From Octopus bimaculoides (lineage: Eukaryota), in the NCBI RefSeq assembly GCF_001194135.2, contig NC_068998.1:20401352-20464853 (forward strand): a DNA stretch of 63,502 bases, in the 5' to 3' direction. A program made the translations under genes and the position numbers. Under the pieces are notes generated by a model. The model did no database searches. It was not told where the DNA came from and saw only the letters and a list, made by a program, of their open reading frames with translations. Shown here piece after piece: positions 11,011 through 24,556 of the stretch (the stretch's first letter is position 1; the number at the start of each line of letters is the position of its first letter).

Positions 11011-11817
11011 ATATTGTGTACTTAGCCTGACTTCGGCACCTTCCATTACACACCAGAATATATAGTCTCACATTATATAAATGTTACAAGACAGCACATA
11101 TAATGTACATTTGAGACCTCAAAGCTATTTTTACACAGACCACCAGAAATTTCCAGTCACATACACATATATACATTTTCCACAAACGTGAAACACACGA
11201 ATTCTCTTCCTAAAATTAATCACTGTACTTTTAACACACTGGAGTTCATTTACGTGACATACATTTTCGAATTGCAATATAATTGAATGTCAATGTAAGG
11301 GACATAATTTAAATATCATAGAGTTATAACCCTAAGCACCACCTCTTTTGTTTTCGATATGATAGTCCATACAAGTTGTTAGCTGATATATATCCGAGTG
11401 TTTGTTGGTGGCTTATCTGGCATTTGAATGTTATGAGGTCTTTCACTATTTTGATTTTGAATTTTTTTTTCTGCAGGATAATGTTAAATAAAGCTGGGCA
11501 GTTGTGTAAAAAAAAAACAAAAAAACATGTGCTGCAATGTTATGTGTGCTCGGTTATTGGCCTGGATAACTTGTAAACTTATTTGGACAATATTTATAGG
11601 ACATTTTCCACATTGAACAAATGAAAACGCTCACTGTGACGTTAGGAAGAATAGAGTTTGAATATTTGAGGCCATCCCAATAAGCAAAGCTTGACATATC
11701 ATTTATTTATTTGCTATCGACCTCTAGATACTCCAGTTCTCATAAAGTATTGTATGGATAAACATTTTTTTTTCTTTACCTAAGTGTGTATGAGCTCAAA
11801 TTTTTACTTGCACATAA

Positions 11818-12347
11818 TCACTTGATAACTTTCTGGAATGTGGGATCATTTGCAAAGATTTCTATTTTACTACTAGCATACTCTCTTTGACAAGTTTCTA
11901 GAAGATTGTCGAAGGTCACTAACTTTACGTTGGAATATTTGTAAGGACAGAAGTAATTGCGAAAACTCATGAAGCGTGGTCCTTTCTTCCCGCTTCTTAC
12001 AAATGGAAAACCAAATGAAACCATGTAGCAAAATGATTCTTGCTAAATCCATTTGTTAATTTCTTCCTCTACGTCGCAACATTGGTTGAGTCCTGTGTTT
12101 TGATTGATTGAATATTGCTTAGGATTTGGATCTTCGATCCAATCACGTTGCGTGTAATACATTTTCACACAACTAATCTGAATGTACTCTGGAGCCTACC
12201 CCTTTCTATAAATTGGGGTAACAAATCATCTATGAGCAGAGTGGTGAGCCATTTTCTTGAAGGCGAATCGTGTTATTTTCCTGCTGTTATCCACCATACC
12301 AAAACTGATATAACGAAGCACATGTGACCAAGACAGCCTGAGCTGAA
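11818..12347 (-). pseudogene. Unidentified decayed coding frame (~175 codons, 3 internal stops)
   Basis: A single minus frame reads IQLRLSWSHVLRYISFGMVDNSRK...DVEEEINKWI*...RFMSFRNYFCPYKYSNVKLVTFDNLLETCQREYASSKIEIFANDPTFQKVIK*. Confidence 0.4.
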
Positions 12348-14827
12348 TTATCCAAACAATGGATGAACTATATAAACACCATTATTCGTACTGATTTTAT
12401 TTTGTCCACTGCATTATTTAACGGAGGAATAAGTTTCGCTGTTATTTTTAAAGTTCGTTTCTTGTATTCTTTCCACAAGCGAACACGCAACATATATTAT
12501 ATAATGGTAAGCAAGTTTCAGATCTAGTCTGTCTCATTCACAAAATCAGCATTTTTTTTTAAAAAGGAAGTAAAAAATCTGGAAACTGGTTATATTGATG
12601 CAGTTTTCCACGCTTATTATTATGAAACCAAGAACTTGTGGAGAAAAAATTTGACGAAAAAGTTACAGACGTTTAAAAATCGAAAAAAAAAAAAACTGTA
12701 TTTTTAGCCAATAATGAGACAAATTTTCCGCGTTGTAGCGGTGTCAACTTTAAGGTTGTACCCTGTGAAATTTATAGCTTAGCGCCTGTTTCTTTTGTTT
12801 CTTCATTGATTTCTATAGTGTTTTGTATGTTTTTATTTTTTTTTTAAATTTATATATGCGCATGTAGATGTATGTATTCATATATAAGTTTATAGATGAC
12901 AGAAAATGGAGAAATATAGATGAACGTCAATTATCATTTATTAATTCAATACAAATAGACTGCATCCCTTCTAACAACTGTTTCTGCTTCCAATGTTGTA
13001 TGGTATTGGCATTGATTTGCTAAAATATTTATCATATTTGGGAATAAAACCGATCTGAAACCTGGATCTTCATCAGAGTGATGAATAGATAAAAAAAGAG
13101 GAATATAGAGAAGAAATAGGGAAAAGTTGAATATGGTTGTAATCTTACTTTTTTGTTTGTGTATCTCTTTGGGACGTTAAGTAAATGACTAAACCAAAAA
13201 TAGCAATTGGTGGATTAATCCTTTATACGGTGGAGACAGGATGGATAAATAAATGAATAAAACAACAAATAACAGTGGGATACACCAATAAGTTTTAGTC
13301 GGGGGAGTCCAACGTTCGATGTAATTGGTCAGATGAAATTTAAAAATAAAAGGCCAGCTATTGAGACCGTTATAAAATAAATAAATGAATGGGAAAATAG
13401 TGTATGTTCTGAGGGGCCCTAAAACGCTTAAGATAGTAAATACTAGATTAAAAACATAGTAAAAATATTACAGAATAAATATTGAGAGGAACTTATTCGG
13501 GCATGTAGGGAGTAAGGCGGTTGGGGTTGAAAATGGTCCAAAAGTTTGTAAGAGGAATGTGAAATTAGTAAAAACAATGAAACCAATTTATTCCGTAAGA
13601 AAATTAGGGAAATATTTGTGGTTTAGGGAAGGTAATAACTAGGGCAAATGGTCTAAATTTGGGACTACTGGTCTGCCATCCAGTGCACAGTAATTAGTGA
13701 GCTGACTAACCCAACACACAGCTAATTGCCTAAACAATCTATAAATCAGTTAGCCTAATGGTCAATTAAATAAGTAAAAGTAGATATCACTTATTAAATT
13801 AATGATTACAATTTAAAGTTAAAATTAAAATACTTGCACATTGTTTTCACAGATGTAAGCTCTTACTACAAATTGCTAATACACATTCATACACAAGAAA
13901 CAATTCAACATACATATACATGCGTATGTATACACTCATATATATATATATATATATTTCTATATATATACACCTATGTACACTCACATACAAGCATGCA
14001 CACTCGCATATAGCATCCATCCTCTCAAGTACGCACACGTCTATATACCCAAACAATTATAATATATATTATATTTTTATATTAACCCATACGTGGGTAC
14101 ATACGTTTGCCAGTTTCGACAATTGGTCCCCCATGCAAGTATTAATACACACAATAACGATATTAATAGCACGTAGAAAAGTGCCAACTGCAAAACAAAG
14201 ATCAAGCAAATACATAACTAAACGGGGGTGTAGGGTGTAAGGTTAGTATTAAAGTGTTAAATAATTATTTTGTTGTGCGGTGGGGGGGGGNNNNNNNNNN
14301 AAATGCGTAAATCCAATAGGAAGTCCCAATTAAATAGAAGTAGACCAATACTGACTTAGAAAAATTAAAGTGAAACAAACCAACGAGTATGGGATGGTAA
14401 AGTATGTTACAAAATACAGACAAATTCATTCATTATTATGGTGGAGGATCAAGATACTATTAAGGGGTGAGGTATGGTTGAAGAATGGACACTTGTGCAC
14501 TCTATAGTCTAAATTTATGTTAAGAGTTCAGAGAACTGGCATTATATGATTATAAGTGGGTGTAAAGGTTATATTTAGGAGTAGTAAACTGATGCAATAT
14601 AATATAATTTAGTTATTGTGTGTGTGAGAAGGGTCTTAAAACTCAGATGGGTTTAGCGTAAGGATATTAATACTGGATTAGCTAAAAGGGGCCGAGGTAA
14701 GTAAATCTATTAATCAAACTTTAATTGCAAGTTGTTTATGCCAACATTAAGAAATGAATTCTACTAGTTCTATGGTAAAGAACTATGGGTACCATTAGTG
14801 GAGAGGATGCATATTAGATGCCTTAAT

Positions 14828-15660
14828 TCATTTATATCTAGAGAAAGCAAATTTCACCTTGTGCAGGCAGGATTTATCTCCCTCTTCCCTTATGTTGAGT
14901 AGTGGGAGTCTAGACTTTAATAAGAAAAGTTTTTCATTGATGCACAAGTGGCATTTCTTATTTTTTACATTGTACGAAGGTGCAGAAGCAAGGAATTTCC
15001 ATTCTGTATCAAAACTAATATCTTTAATATTTAAGCTCTCAAATATATTACTTAATCCGGTCGATCTAATCTTATTTCTATTTCTGAAAGTGTGTAGGTG
15101 CGCAGCTAATCTTCATTTCATTTTGGGTAGCCCTTATACACACACACACACACACATATATATGCTTACTAGACTGACTGTGCACTGGTAAAGTACATTT
15201 TTTCTTTTACAAGTGTCATTAAGGGCGCAATTCTATTTATTTCTGAAGTCGCATGGGTTGTGTTGTGGGAGACAGTTACTTACTACTGGATTTGTGTATA
15301 TTGATGGATTATTGATAGGTGTATTATGATTAATAGGGTTATTAGAGTTGTTGGTATTATCATTACTATGTTTGGGGTGGTTATTGAGATTGTTATTATT
15401 ATCATTATTGTTACTTCTATCTAAATAAAAAGTTTCAAGTTATTTTATTATTTAGGGAAGAAATGATGTTGGCTAAGTTATGTATCAGACTATAGCCTAT
15501 CTTTATTGTTTTACTATTAATAATTTTCGAGTACCTGCTATTCTTAAAGTGTTTATTTATAGTTTTGAATATAGATCTGACTAAATTAGTTTTAATTTGC
15601 ATAGCATACGGGAGTATAAGCCAATTATTATTTTTTGTATTTTTTGTCTTTCCAATATTC
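14828..15660 (-). mobile_element. Penelope-like element 2: linker and GIY-YIG C-terminus, interrupted by (CA)n
   Basis: Reads NWLILPYAMQIKTNLVRSIFKTINKHFKNSRYSKIINSKTIKIGYS, CALNDTCKRKNVLYQC and EWKFLASAPSYNVKNKKCHLCINEKLFLL...LLNIREE...CLHKVKF. Confidence 0.85.
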
Positions 15661-16949
15661 CTACCATACGACCCAACTTTATTGCTGTTCGAGTGATTTT
15701 AGGAAAATGTTACAGAGATTTAAATTTTGGTTATTTTTACTCAATCAGAAAACAGGATTTCGAAGTTGGCAATTTCTGCGTGATAACTTTCATTAAACAA
15801 AATGGTAGCAACATATTACGACGATTACGTGAAACATTGGAACAAGCAATATAAAACGGAAAAATCCCGAAATGCGTAAACATACGAAGAAACAAACTGT
15901 ACGTTAAATTACAAGGAAAAATCTCTACGAGTAATAGCGGAACTTCAAAAACGAAAGTTTAAAATAACTCTAGGGTTAGTCGGTCCGACCAGTGAATGGC
16001 CTGGGGTTAATCAATTAGTAACATATTTTTAGTGAACATTTTTCTAGAATTTTTCTGGAACGATTGAATAACAGAATCAGATTCAGCGTGAAAACTTACA
16101 TCAATATATCAAATTTGAAAAAAGAAAAAAATTTAATACATTTTACCTAAAATTCTTCTGAAGCAAGAGAATAACAAGTGATTCAGCGTGAAGATTTACC
16201 TCAATAAACCTAATTTGAAAATTTTCACTAAATTTTAAAATTTCAAAAAGTGAAAGCCAAACAGAAAGGATCCTTTATACGTAGTAAATGAAACAAATCT
16301 TAATTCATAACATCTGTTAAGGTAAGTTTACATAAATGTGTTTCTAAGAATGCACGTAATTATCTTTGCGTTTTACAGAATTGGATGACTTGTACTGCAG
16401 AAAGTATTCATATGTAAGAAATTAGCTTCCTAGATTCTAATCAGGATTCGAAACCGAATCTACATTTTTCTACCAGTTTCATTTCTATTCTTCTCGGCTT
16501 TTTCACTTTGAAATTTATGAGAATCAACTGTTAAACTTCGGTAAGTTCTATTGCTTAAGTTGACATTCTTGGGTTAGATACAGTTCAACATAGATAAACT
16601 ATTTTACTTCACATTCTTCTTTGACCTACATCCAGCTTTGTAACATGTTTAAATACAGTACCAAAATTCAGTTCTGACTTTTCTTCACTTGGCCGACCAT
16701 CGAAGAGCACCCCTTTATCTTTTACTTATGAGTTGTCAAGGAGGGAGCATATAACTTTCACCCTCTCTGCTTGTTAGTCCAGAGTGGTAGAGTCTCTTAC
16801 TCTCTCTCCTTTTCCACCCGTCTTCTAGCAACCAACAAAAGAAGTTAACTACCTACAGAATGGATGACAGAACATCAACTCGAAGTATCTTCCATTGTTA
16901 CGATGAAAATAAAGGGCCAACGTCGCTTCTTCATCATGGAATAGCTCCT

Positions 16950-17230
16950 GGTTTTCTCACCAAATTAGCGCCGTAAACATCTGACTCATATTAAGCTCTC
17001 AACGTTGACCACATCATGAACATCTTATTTCCTTTTCGTCAGCTTCACCTTGCGAGCACCTTTTCAGTTAGTCTTTATGTACACAACTCTACATATATCA
17101 TGAGTGGTTTATTTCCATCTCAGCTAGCTTCGTTTGTGCTAGCTTTTTACGGTTAACAACTAAATCATTCGTTCAATCGTAAATTTTATCGCTTTCCTTT
17201 GACTCCTATACACACGCCGGCTTCGCTCAT
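16950..17230 (-). mobile_element. Possible pogo/Tigger (CENP-B HTH) transposase N-terminal relic
   Basis: Broken frames read SQRKAIKFTIE and RKKLAQTKLAEMEINHS*YM*SC. Heavily degenerate. Confidence 0.3.
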
Positions 17231-17460
17231 GACTTATCAGCTCTCATTCCTATTTTAAAGTTACAATGTATTGTTTAAAAACTGCCTTCTGATATTCATT
17301 TACACATACTTCTCAAAAGCGCATTTAATGGACTTTGTCACGAACACTTTCATACTTTAAACTAGCGACCACTCCTCACTAAACTGGTGACTTTCCCATG
17401 ATAGTTCATTTTTATATTGCCATTATTTTTACACTCTCATGTATTCACTATTTAGAAATG

Positions 17461-18060
17461 GTTACAATTTTGGTGATTCCGAAATGGTCTTTCCTTATAT
17501 CGTTACAATTTTGGTGACCTTCTGACTCAAGAATGCGAAATGCTATCTACGTTTCATTTCATTCTGATGACACCCAACTCGCTTTTCCTCATTCAGTGCA
17601 CCTCGGATGTCTTTTTGAAATATAGAACGCAGACTATGCTTACTGCACCTTCGCTTCCAGATACACCACACTTACCTGTATACAACCCCAGTTTAGTCTC
17701 AACATATATTTGTTACATAAAAATCATGCAAGGATGAGCACGTAATCGTTATAATTTTGGTGACCCCATCCTTACACATAATATAGTTTCTTGGTTGTAG
17801 AGCCTAATGAAAACAAGCAAATAAATCGGTAGCAACGAAGGAAAATTCAGATAACGTACAACTATGGGGTGTCGAAAGCAGGCAGCAGGTTTACTTCCGT
17901 TGAAATAGCCCAAAAGTGATTCCCAAACCAAGTTCTGACCGAATTACTAACAGGCGACACCAATACGGCAACAGTCGAAAAGAATTGCTGCATCTCCAAA
18001 CTTTTAACATATATAACCAGAAGTTCTGACACCTTTAAATATGGATACATTGTGAAAGTA
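17461..18060 (+). mobile_element. Possible Gypsy-type LTR retrotransposon LTR-end/PBS relics
   Basis: Three GTTA(C/T)AATTTTGGTGA motifs (17461, 17502, 17748). The third contains TGGTGACCCC (17758-17767), complementary to the tRNA-Trp 3' end. Confidence 0.4.
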
Positions 18061-18536
18061 TAAGTCAGTTTGACTGCCTGTTTAGATAAAAATTAATTTT
18101 CTCTCCCTTGTAGGTGCAATATACTCGAATGGTAAAGAGATTTGCCATCCAATCACGAGGTCGATTCTACTGCCTAGCAAGTGCAATTTACTATAGATTC
18201 GGGCCAACCAAAACCTCGCTAGTAAAACTGAGTGGATGGAATCTGCATAGAAGCCCACCAGAGGAATTGTACTGCTAACTCAAAGGTTCGGCCTTGGTAC
18301 AACTTGTCACGCTGGTTCTGATTACGGATTACATTAAAGACACATATATATTTCTGGAGAATACCCAGCTACTTATACGCTGATTAACTGAACTTTGTAA
18401 TTCATTTAGTCGTACAACTGAACACTCGTTATCGGAAATTCCGACCAAACTTCGTTTGTTATTTATTTATTTTTCTCTTGATAGTATTTTGTACTGACCT
18501 GTAAGCTTTTGTCATTTTTACTTTTTATTTGTAGAA

Positions 18537-18685
18537 CGGGCATAAGGTAACCGTTTTCAGTAAGTGGGCTGCCGTATGAGCCATGGTTGATCATCAGGTG
18601 AGCTGCATTACTAAAAAAATTAAAAGTAATTTTTCGTTGGCGTGCCATTCATAGAGTCCCGCGAGCCGCAGTTTGCCCATGCCTG
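18537..18685 (-). mobile_element. hAT-type MITE with 8-bp TSD
   Basis: Termini CGGGCAT and CCCATGCCTG. Flanks TTGTAGAA (18529-18536) and TTGTAGAG (18686-18693). Confidence 0.8.
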
Positions 18686-19536
18686 TTGTAGAGGAAGAGT
18701 TGTAGTTCCAGCATGAATGCCGTCTTCAGAGATAGGCACCCGGGGACCGAAATGCCTAAGAGCCCAATGTTAATCAATACGTGCTGTACCATATTATTTA
18801 ATAAGGGAAGATAGTTTTCTCACATCAGTAAAATCTACGCGATTACTGTTCTCAAGCAGTTGAAAGTCGATGGATACACTAGAATATCGAAAGGCAGACC
18901 CGTCGCCAGACTTTGGTGCCTGAGGTGCTTCAGAATATTGGGTGCTACTTTAGCGTGCGGTCTACCGCAGTATCCTGTCCACGCTGTGAAATTTTAGCGT
19001 GCGGTCTACCGCAATATCCTGTCTATGCTGTGAAATTACCTTTAGCGTGTGATCTACCTCTACTCTAAGAACTTTATACTACAGGATGATAAAAACAAAT
19101 TGAATGATGTTGAATAATGATTTATTAATAACTTATATTTAAATTTTAATTGACGATACGCACTTCGTACATTATTTAGGAATGCCATAAACAAATCTGC
19201 TGCATCTTTTCCTAAAAATATGGTAGTGGTGGAGGGGAACAAATTTTAATTCCAATTTTTTTAATGAAAAACTCCAAAATTGATCACCCCCGTCTCTCGC
19301 CACCCTATCGAACTGTCTAAAAGTGAAGATGAACGGCTGTTTTGTTAGTTTCCGCATGTGTAGATATATAGTGAAACAGCAAAAGGAACACGGCATGTGA
19401 AACCCTCACCATAAAACTCGATATGCTAAAAATAACAGCCAAATGTCTGGAGAAATTTTTGTGTTTGTGTACGCGAGCGTGCAACAATTTCTACAGCTTA
19501 TCCGAATGAACAGAGAAAGAAGTACACAGATATATA

Positions 19537-19661
19537 CAGGGTGTCCACAAAGTCTGGGTACATGGGGATTAACACATACCTTAAGAAATTATTATTTCTT
19601 ATATTTAATTGTTTATGTTATGATTTTATTTACTCCATCTACCCAGACCTTGTGGACACTG
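19537..19661. mobile_element. Tc1/mariner-type MITE nested in the 18941-20515 element
   Basis: TA-CAGGGTGTCCACAAAGTCTGGGTA ... TACCCAGACCTTGTGGACACTG-TA. Confidence 0.8.
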
Positions 19662-20058
19662 TATTTTACTTGTATTGTCGGTTTTGTTTTTTCGCTTTAA
19701 AGGTAAACGATTCTGATAGAAGCAATTACCTTGCAGTCAGTTCATTGGATTAATCCCAACAAAATACAAGTTTAGTAACTAGCTCAACACCTATATTCGT
19801 GTTCTTCATTCCAAAATGCTTATTTAATCTGAAATTTTGAAAACGTGGTTTTTTGCAAATNNNNNNNNNNNNNNNNNNNNNNNNNNNNNNNNNNNNNNNN
19901 NNNNNNNNNNNNNNNNNNNNNNNNNNNNNNNNNNNNNNNNNNNNNNNNNNNNNNNNNNNNNNNNNNNNNNNNNNNNNNNNNNNNNNNNNNNNNNNNNNNN
20001 NNNNNNNNNNNNNNNNNNNNNNNNNNNNNNNNNNNNNNNNNNNNNNNNNNNNNNNNNN

Positions 20059-20365
20059 AAAACATTTTCCCTACAAATTTCTTTATAATCGTAATCTATG
20101 CTGTTTGAAAGACGTTTCTGCAAAATTTCATTAAAAGTTATTCATTTTCCTGAAAATTATGAGGGGAAAAATGGATCGTTTGAATTTTCCGACAGTCCTC
20201 TTCCCATCACTTCGGAAAAAAATTTCCCCAGAAATTTCTTTATAATCATAATTTATGCCATTTGAACGGTATTTCTATAAAATTTCTTCAATGTATATCC
20301 ATTTTCCTGAAAGTTATGGGGGAAAAATCGGATCTTGTGAATTTTCCGAAAGTCCTCTTCCCACC
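20059..20365. repeat. Two diverged ~157-bp tandem units abutting an N gap
   Basis: AAATTTCTTTATAATC recurs at 20075 and 20232. CATTTTCCTGAAA and GAATTTTCCGA..GTCCTCTTCCCA are also repeated. Confidence 0.8.
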
Positions 20366-22679
20366 CCCACCCACGTTCGTTTGCGCAATTTTTTTTTCAT
20401 ATTCATTTTCTACACAGTTTTTATACCTAGTAAGCTGGTTTTTTTTTTTCGTTAACGGGTCTTAAACTTTATATTGACAGGTAAAAAAAGGTAGACCGCA
20501 CGCTAAAGTAGCACCGAATTTTGTGGGTCGGCACTAATTTTTAATAATGCTAAAGTGGAATTTCGAAATAAGTGTACCACAGTAAATATGAGGTTACGCC
20601 ACTGAATAGTGAGGGGACAGTGCCGTCCAGTGCACCCCACTCAGCGACGTGCATGTATGTCCAAAGGACCGACTTCTATGATATATGGGTTGTTTTAGTT
20701 AATATTTCTCTGATATCATTAAAATGGTCCAACTTCGTGTATAGTATCGTGTATAACAGAGGTAAATATACTGACATCTCGCTTCGACACATTTACATCA
20801 GTTAAATATTTCTATTCATAATTTTCAATCTTTTGTTTTATTTTCCATTTCGTGAATTGTTTCACCTCATTGTTTAAGTGAGAAATCGAATTTCATATAT
20901 CGTTTTTATAATATAAAAAAAATGTTGAAAGTTTTTTATGAATTTATTTGGAGGTTAATGTTTGCTTTTAACCACTTGTTTTATAAAGTTTCATTTGTAA
21001 TTAAAAATCTAAATAAACAGTAAAGATTGTATTCCACGTGGTCAAGGTAAGAACGGGAGGTAACTCTCCCAAACAATTTAGGAATTCTGATCTATCTACC
21101 GTAGACAGGAGTGCGATGAATATTACTTTGGCTATTATTTAAATGATCTTTATAACATGTTTTAGAAATTTTAATTCAGCATCGAGACTTTGATATAGAT
21201 GGATGTCAATATGTTATTTCCAGTGTATATGAAAACAAAACGAAACCAAAAAGAAATAACAATAAGGAACCACGCCGGCTGAGGTTGAGTATTTTGCTTT
21301 CTATGAATTATGTTACGATATTTTTTTAATATCCAAAGTTTGCGTAAGATGTATTTTAAAAAATAAATCACTTCTTGAATATATATTCCATTTGTGTTAC
21401 GCAAGAGAAAAGATAGAAATATAATTTTATAGTGTGAAAATTACATATGAAAAAACAAAAAGTCAGTAAATATATATTAGTCACAGTTTTGATTGTAGGT
21501 AAGATGATGTAAGCTAATTACCTGGTGTTTTAAAATGTTGTGTACCTCTGGTAGGATGTTACAAATACTATATGAATGCAGGGAAAATAAAAATTCTTAT
21601 GATGCTGTTTCATTTAGGAAACAGTTGTAGTTCAGGAGGTAAATAGTCACACGTGCAGTCACATGTACATCGTTATCGTTGACTAACGATAAAAATATAA
21701 CACCTATGATGAGACTTTTGAGAGAAAGAAGAGCGTGGAAATGATATAATGTCAATGTTTTCTATGTACGATATGTAGATGATCAAACAGCTGATATTTA
21801 AAAAAGAAATGCATAAAGGAACGATAGCAGAAATGAATGTTTTTTTTTTTGTGTGTGTACATTCGCAGCTCTTGTGCGATGTGGAGGTTTTATAATAATA
21901 TTTTATTCGGAATTTCGGAAAATAGATGAATATCACCGCACCCATTGTTGTCTTTCACTTTATTCAGAAGCCTCAAATCCTTTGTTATTATAAAACTCAT
22001 CCGAATAAATCACGCATAAGTTTTATTTAAATCGCTTTATATTTTACAGTCGATAATCTTCGATCGACATAAGTTTTAACCAAATCCAGATATTAGTTCG
22101 GTCGGTATGATTTCTATTTCTCTCTCATTCTTTCTATATACTTGAAGGACATCAGCGAAGAACACGTTATCTTTTTCGTTAACAACTTCTCGAGCTTAAT
22201 TCATTTTGATCCAACATTTTATACAAATATATAAAAACTGTATTTCTCGTCAATTTTCTTGAAAGCTGTAACTGCTTGTCTAATTTCTCAGCTTAGGACA
22301 TTTTAATACTAAGTGATACGCTTCTTTATAGCATCGTAAACACATCTACAAAGATAAACTAAGCCATATCACATTAAATAATTCATAATATTCTTCTGTA
22401 AATATATTTCGTTTATCTTATGAAATGTGTTGTATCAGGTATGTGTATATATGCATTGTTTTCGCTTCTTGTTCATATCTGAGGATAATCCTTTTTTTTT
22501 TTTTTAGACTTATCAGTAGCGCAGAATTTTACTTTTTCAAGAAAGATTTCTAACAAAGTTGGTTATCTCTCTCTCATTAAAGTTTATTAAGACAGAAGTT
22601 CTAACTCCTTGTCAATTATACTGTCACTACAATACTATAAAAATAATCATGTAAGATTATCACTAAATCTTGCTCACTT

Positions 22680-23377
22680 ATGGGTATGTGGTAAGAAGTT
22701 TGCTTCCCAATCACATGGTTCCGAGTATAGCCTCCACTGCGTGGCACCTTGGGCAACTGTTTTCTACTATAGGCCCAGATAATCGAAGCTTTGTGAGTTG
22801 ATTTGATAGACGAAAACTGAAAGAAGCCCGTCGTATATGTATGTATATCGTAACCCTAACCCTAAACACCGGGTGTGCGTATTCTTTACTTTCGCCTATA
22901 TATATATATATATATATNNNNNNNNNNNNNNNNNNNNNNNNNNNNNNNNNNNNNNNNNNNNNNNNNNNNNNNNNNNNNNNNNNNNNNNNNNNNNNNNNNN
23001 NNNNNNNNNNNNNNNNNNNNNNNNNNNNNNNNNNNNNNNNNNNNNNNNNNNNNNNNNNNNNNNNNNNNNNNNNNNNNNNNNNNNNNNNNNNNNNNNNNNN
23101 NNNNNNNNNNNNNNNNNNNNNNNNNNNNNNNNNNNNNNNNNNNNNNNNNNNNNNNNNNNNNNNNNNNNNNNNNNNNNNNNNNNNNNNNNNNNNNNNNNNN
23201 ATATATATATATATATATATACATATATACGACGGGCTTCTCTCAGTTTCCGTCTACCAAATCCACTCACAAGGCTTTGGTTGGCCCGAGGCTATAGTAG
23301 AAGACAAGGTGCCACGCAGTGGGAATGAACCCGGAACCATGTGGTTGATAAGCAAGCTACTTACCACACAGCCACTC
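22680..23377. mobile_element. Two SINE A 5' halves in inverted orientation around (TA)n and an N gap
   Basis: + copy 22680-22836 ends GAAGCCCGTCGTATA. The - copy at 23228-23377 begins CGACGGGCTTC. Confidence 0.8.
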
Positions 23378-23516
23378 ATATATATATATATGCAGCCACA
23401 CGTGCTTTTCTTGGACTATTTTTTCCTTCTCTCGGGCCCTTCCTTCTTTCTGATGAAAGAGCCATGACGAACGAGCCCCTCTTTTTTCATCTTAAACTGA
23501 GTGTCAACCTGATATA

Positions 23517-24556
23517 CAAGGGTTGGAGAAAATAATGGAAAAACCTAGCATCATAGCATCATAATTTTGAAATATCTATAAAAACCATCAAAAGCTTGTT
23601 TATTTTTGTTTTTTGATTTATTATTAGTGTTGCTTAATATGTTTTGCTAAAATTGCAGTTTCTTGTCATCATCAGAAAAAGGTAATTAAAGTTCATTAAA
23701 ATGACAGATCTACTGGACTTTCAAAGAGCTCAACTTGTCTGTGCTTGGTGCTCGTATGGCTGGCGCTTGCATAACAGAAACAGCCGCAATGTTTGTATCA
23801 AGAAGTACTGTCTTGAAAGTAATGACAGCCTTTGAGAAAGAGGGAAAAACCTAATTGCAACAAAACTCTGGAAGAAAACCAAAACTTTCACATAGGGACT
23901 GTTGGTCTCCTATGCAAGTTGTTAGAAAGGATCACAAAAGTACAGCTCCTAAAATTACTGCAGTGCTTAATGACCATCTTGAGAACCCAGTTTCTGCAAA
24001 AACTGTTCACATGGAGCTGCACAAAGCCGAATTTCATAGGAGGGCTGCAATCAGAAAACTACTACTTTCAAAAACAAATGTTGCAAAGCATTTAGAGTGA
24101 AATAAAAACCTACAGAATTGGTACCTAGAGCAGTGGAAGAATGTTATTTTCTCAGACGAGTAATCTTTTACCTTATTTCCGACCACCGGCCAAGTATACG
24201 TGTTGAGACAGCTAAAAGAAGCATTTGACTCAGACTGCCTTCTTCCAACTGTTAAACATGGAGGAGGATCTGTGATGATCTGGGAGGCTATATCTTGGAA
24301 ATCTGCTGGCCCAATGGTTTCCATTCATGGCAGAATTCATGGTCAAGACTATTTAAAAGCATCATATCTGATCAAATTCATCCTACGGTTGTGGAACTGT
24401 TTCCGGAGGGAAACGCAATCTTTCAGGATGATAATGCACCAATTCACACAGCTAAAGTTGTTATTGAATGGCACAAGGAAGATTCTTGTGAAGTTGAACA
24501 TCTTATCTGGCTACCACAGTCCCCAGATCTTAATATTATTGAACATTTATGGTGTG
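23517..24556 (+). mobile_element. Tc1-family transposon with DD36E transposase, degenerate and 3'-truncated
   Basis: TA-CAAGGGTTGGAGAAAATAATGG left TIR. ATG at 23701. Motifs SGRKPKLS, WKNVIFSDE (D 24155), TVKHGGGSVMIW, FQDDNAPIHTA (D 24430) and SPDLNIIEHLW (E 24541). Stops and frameshifts; cut off by (TA)n. Confidence 0.9.

Larger units (their letters stand above)
18941..20515. mobile_element. Non-autonomous TIR transposon, Merlin-like termini
   Basis: Perfect 26-bp TIR GGTGCTACTTTAGCGTGCGGTCTACC (18941-18966 and 20490-20515). Flanks GAATATTG/GAATTTTG (7/8). Subterminal ~44-bp repeats on the left. Confidence 0.75.

Noticed and set aside
13045-13078. Hammerhead on the minus strand (CTGATGA-A-GATC...GATC)
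   Set aside because: The required GAAA after stem II is absent (GGTT instead). At best it is a dead relic.
19060-19242. FLGKDAADLFMAFL resembling Polinton-type DNA polymerase proteins
   Set aside because: It is a single short motif in a 60-aa ORF with no supporting flanking similarity.
22850-22866. Telomere or chromosome end
   Set aside because: Only 2-4 CCCTAA units are present and they are internal.
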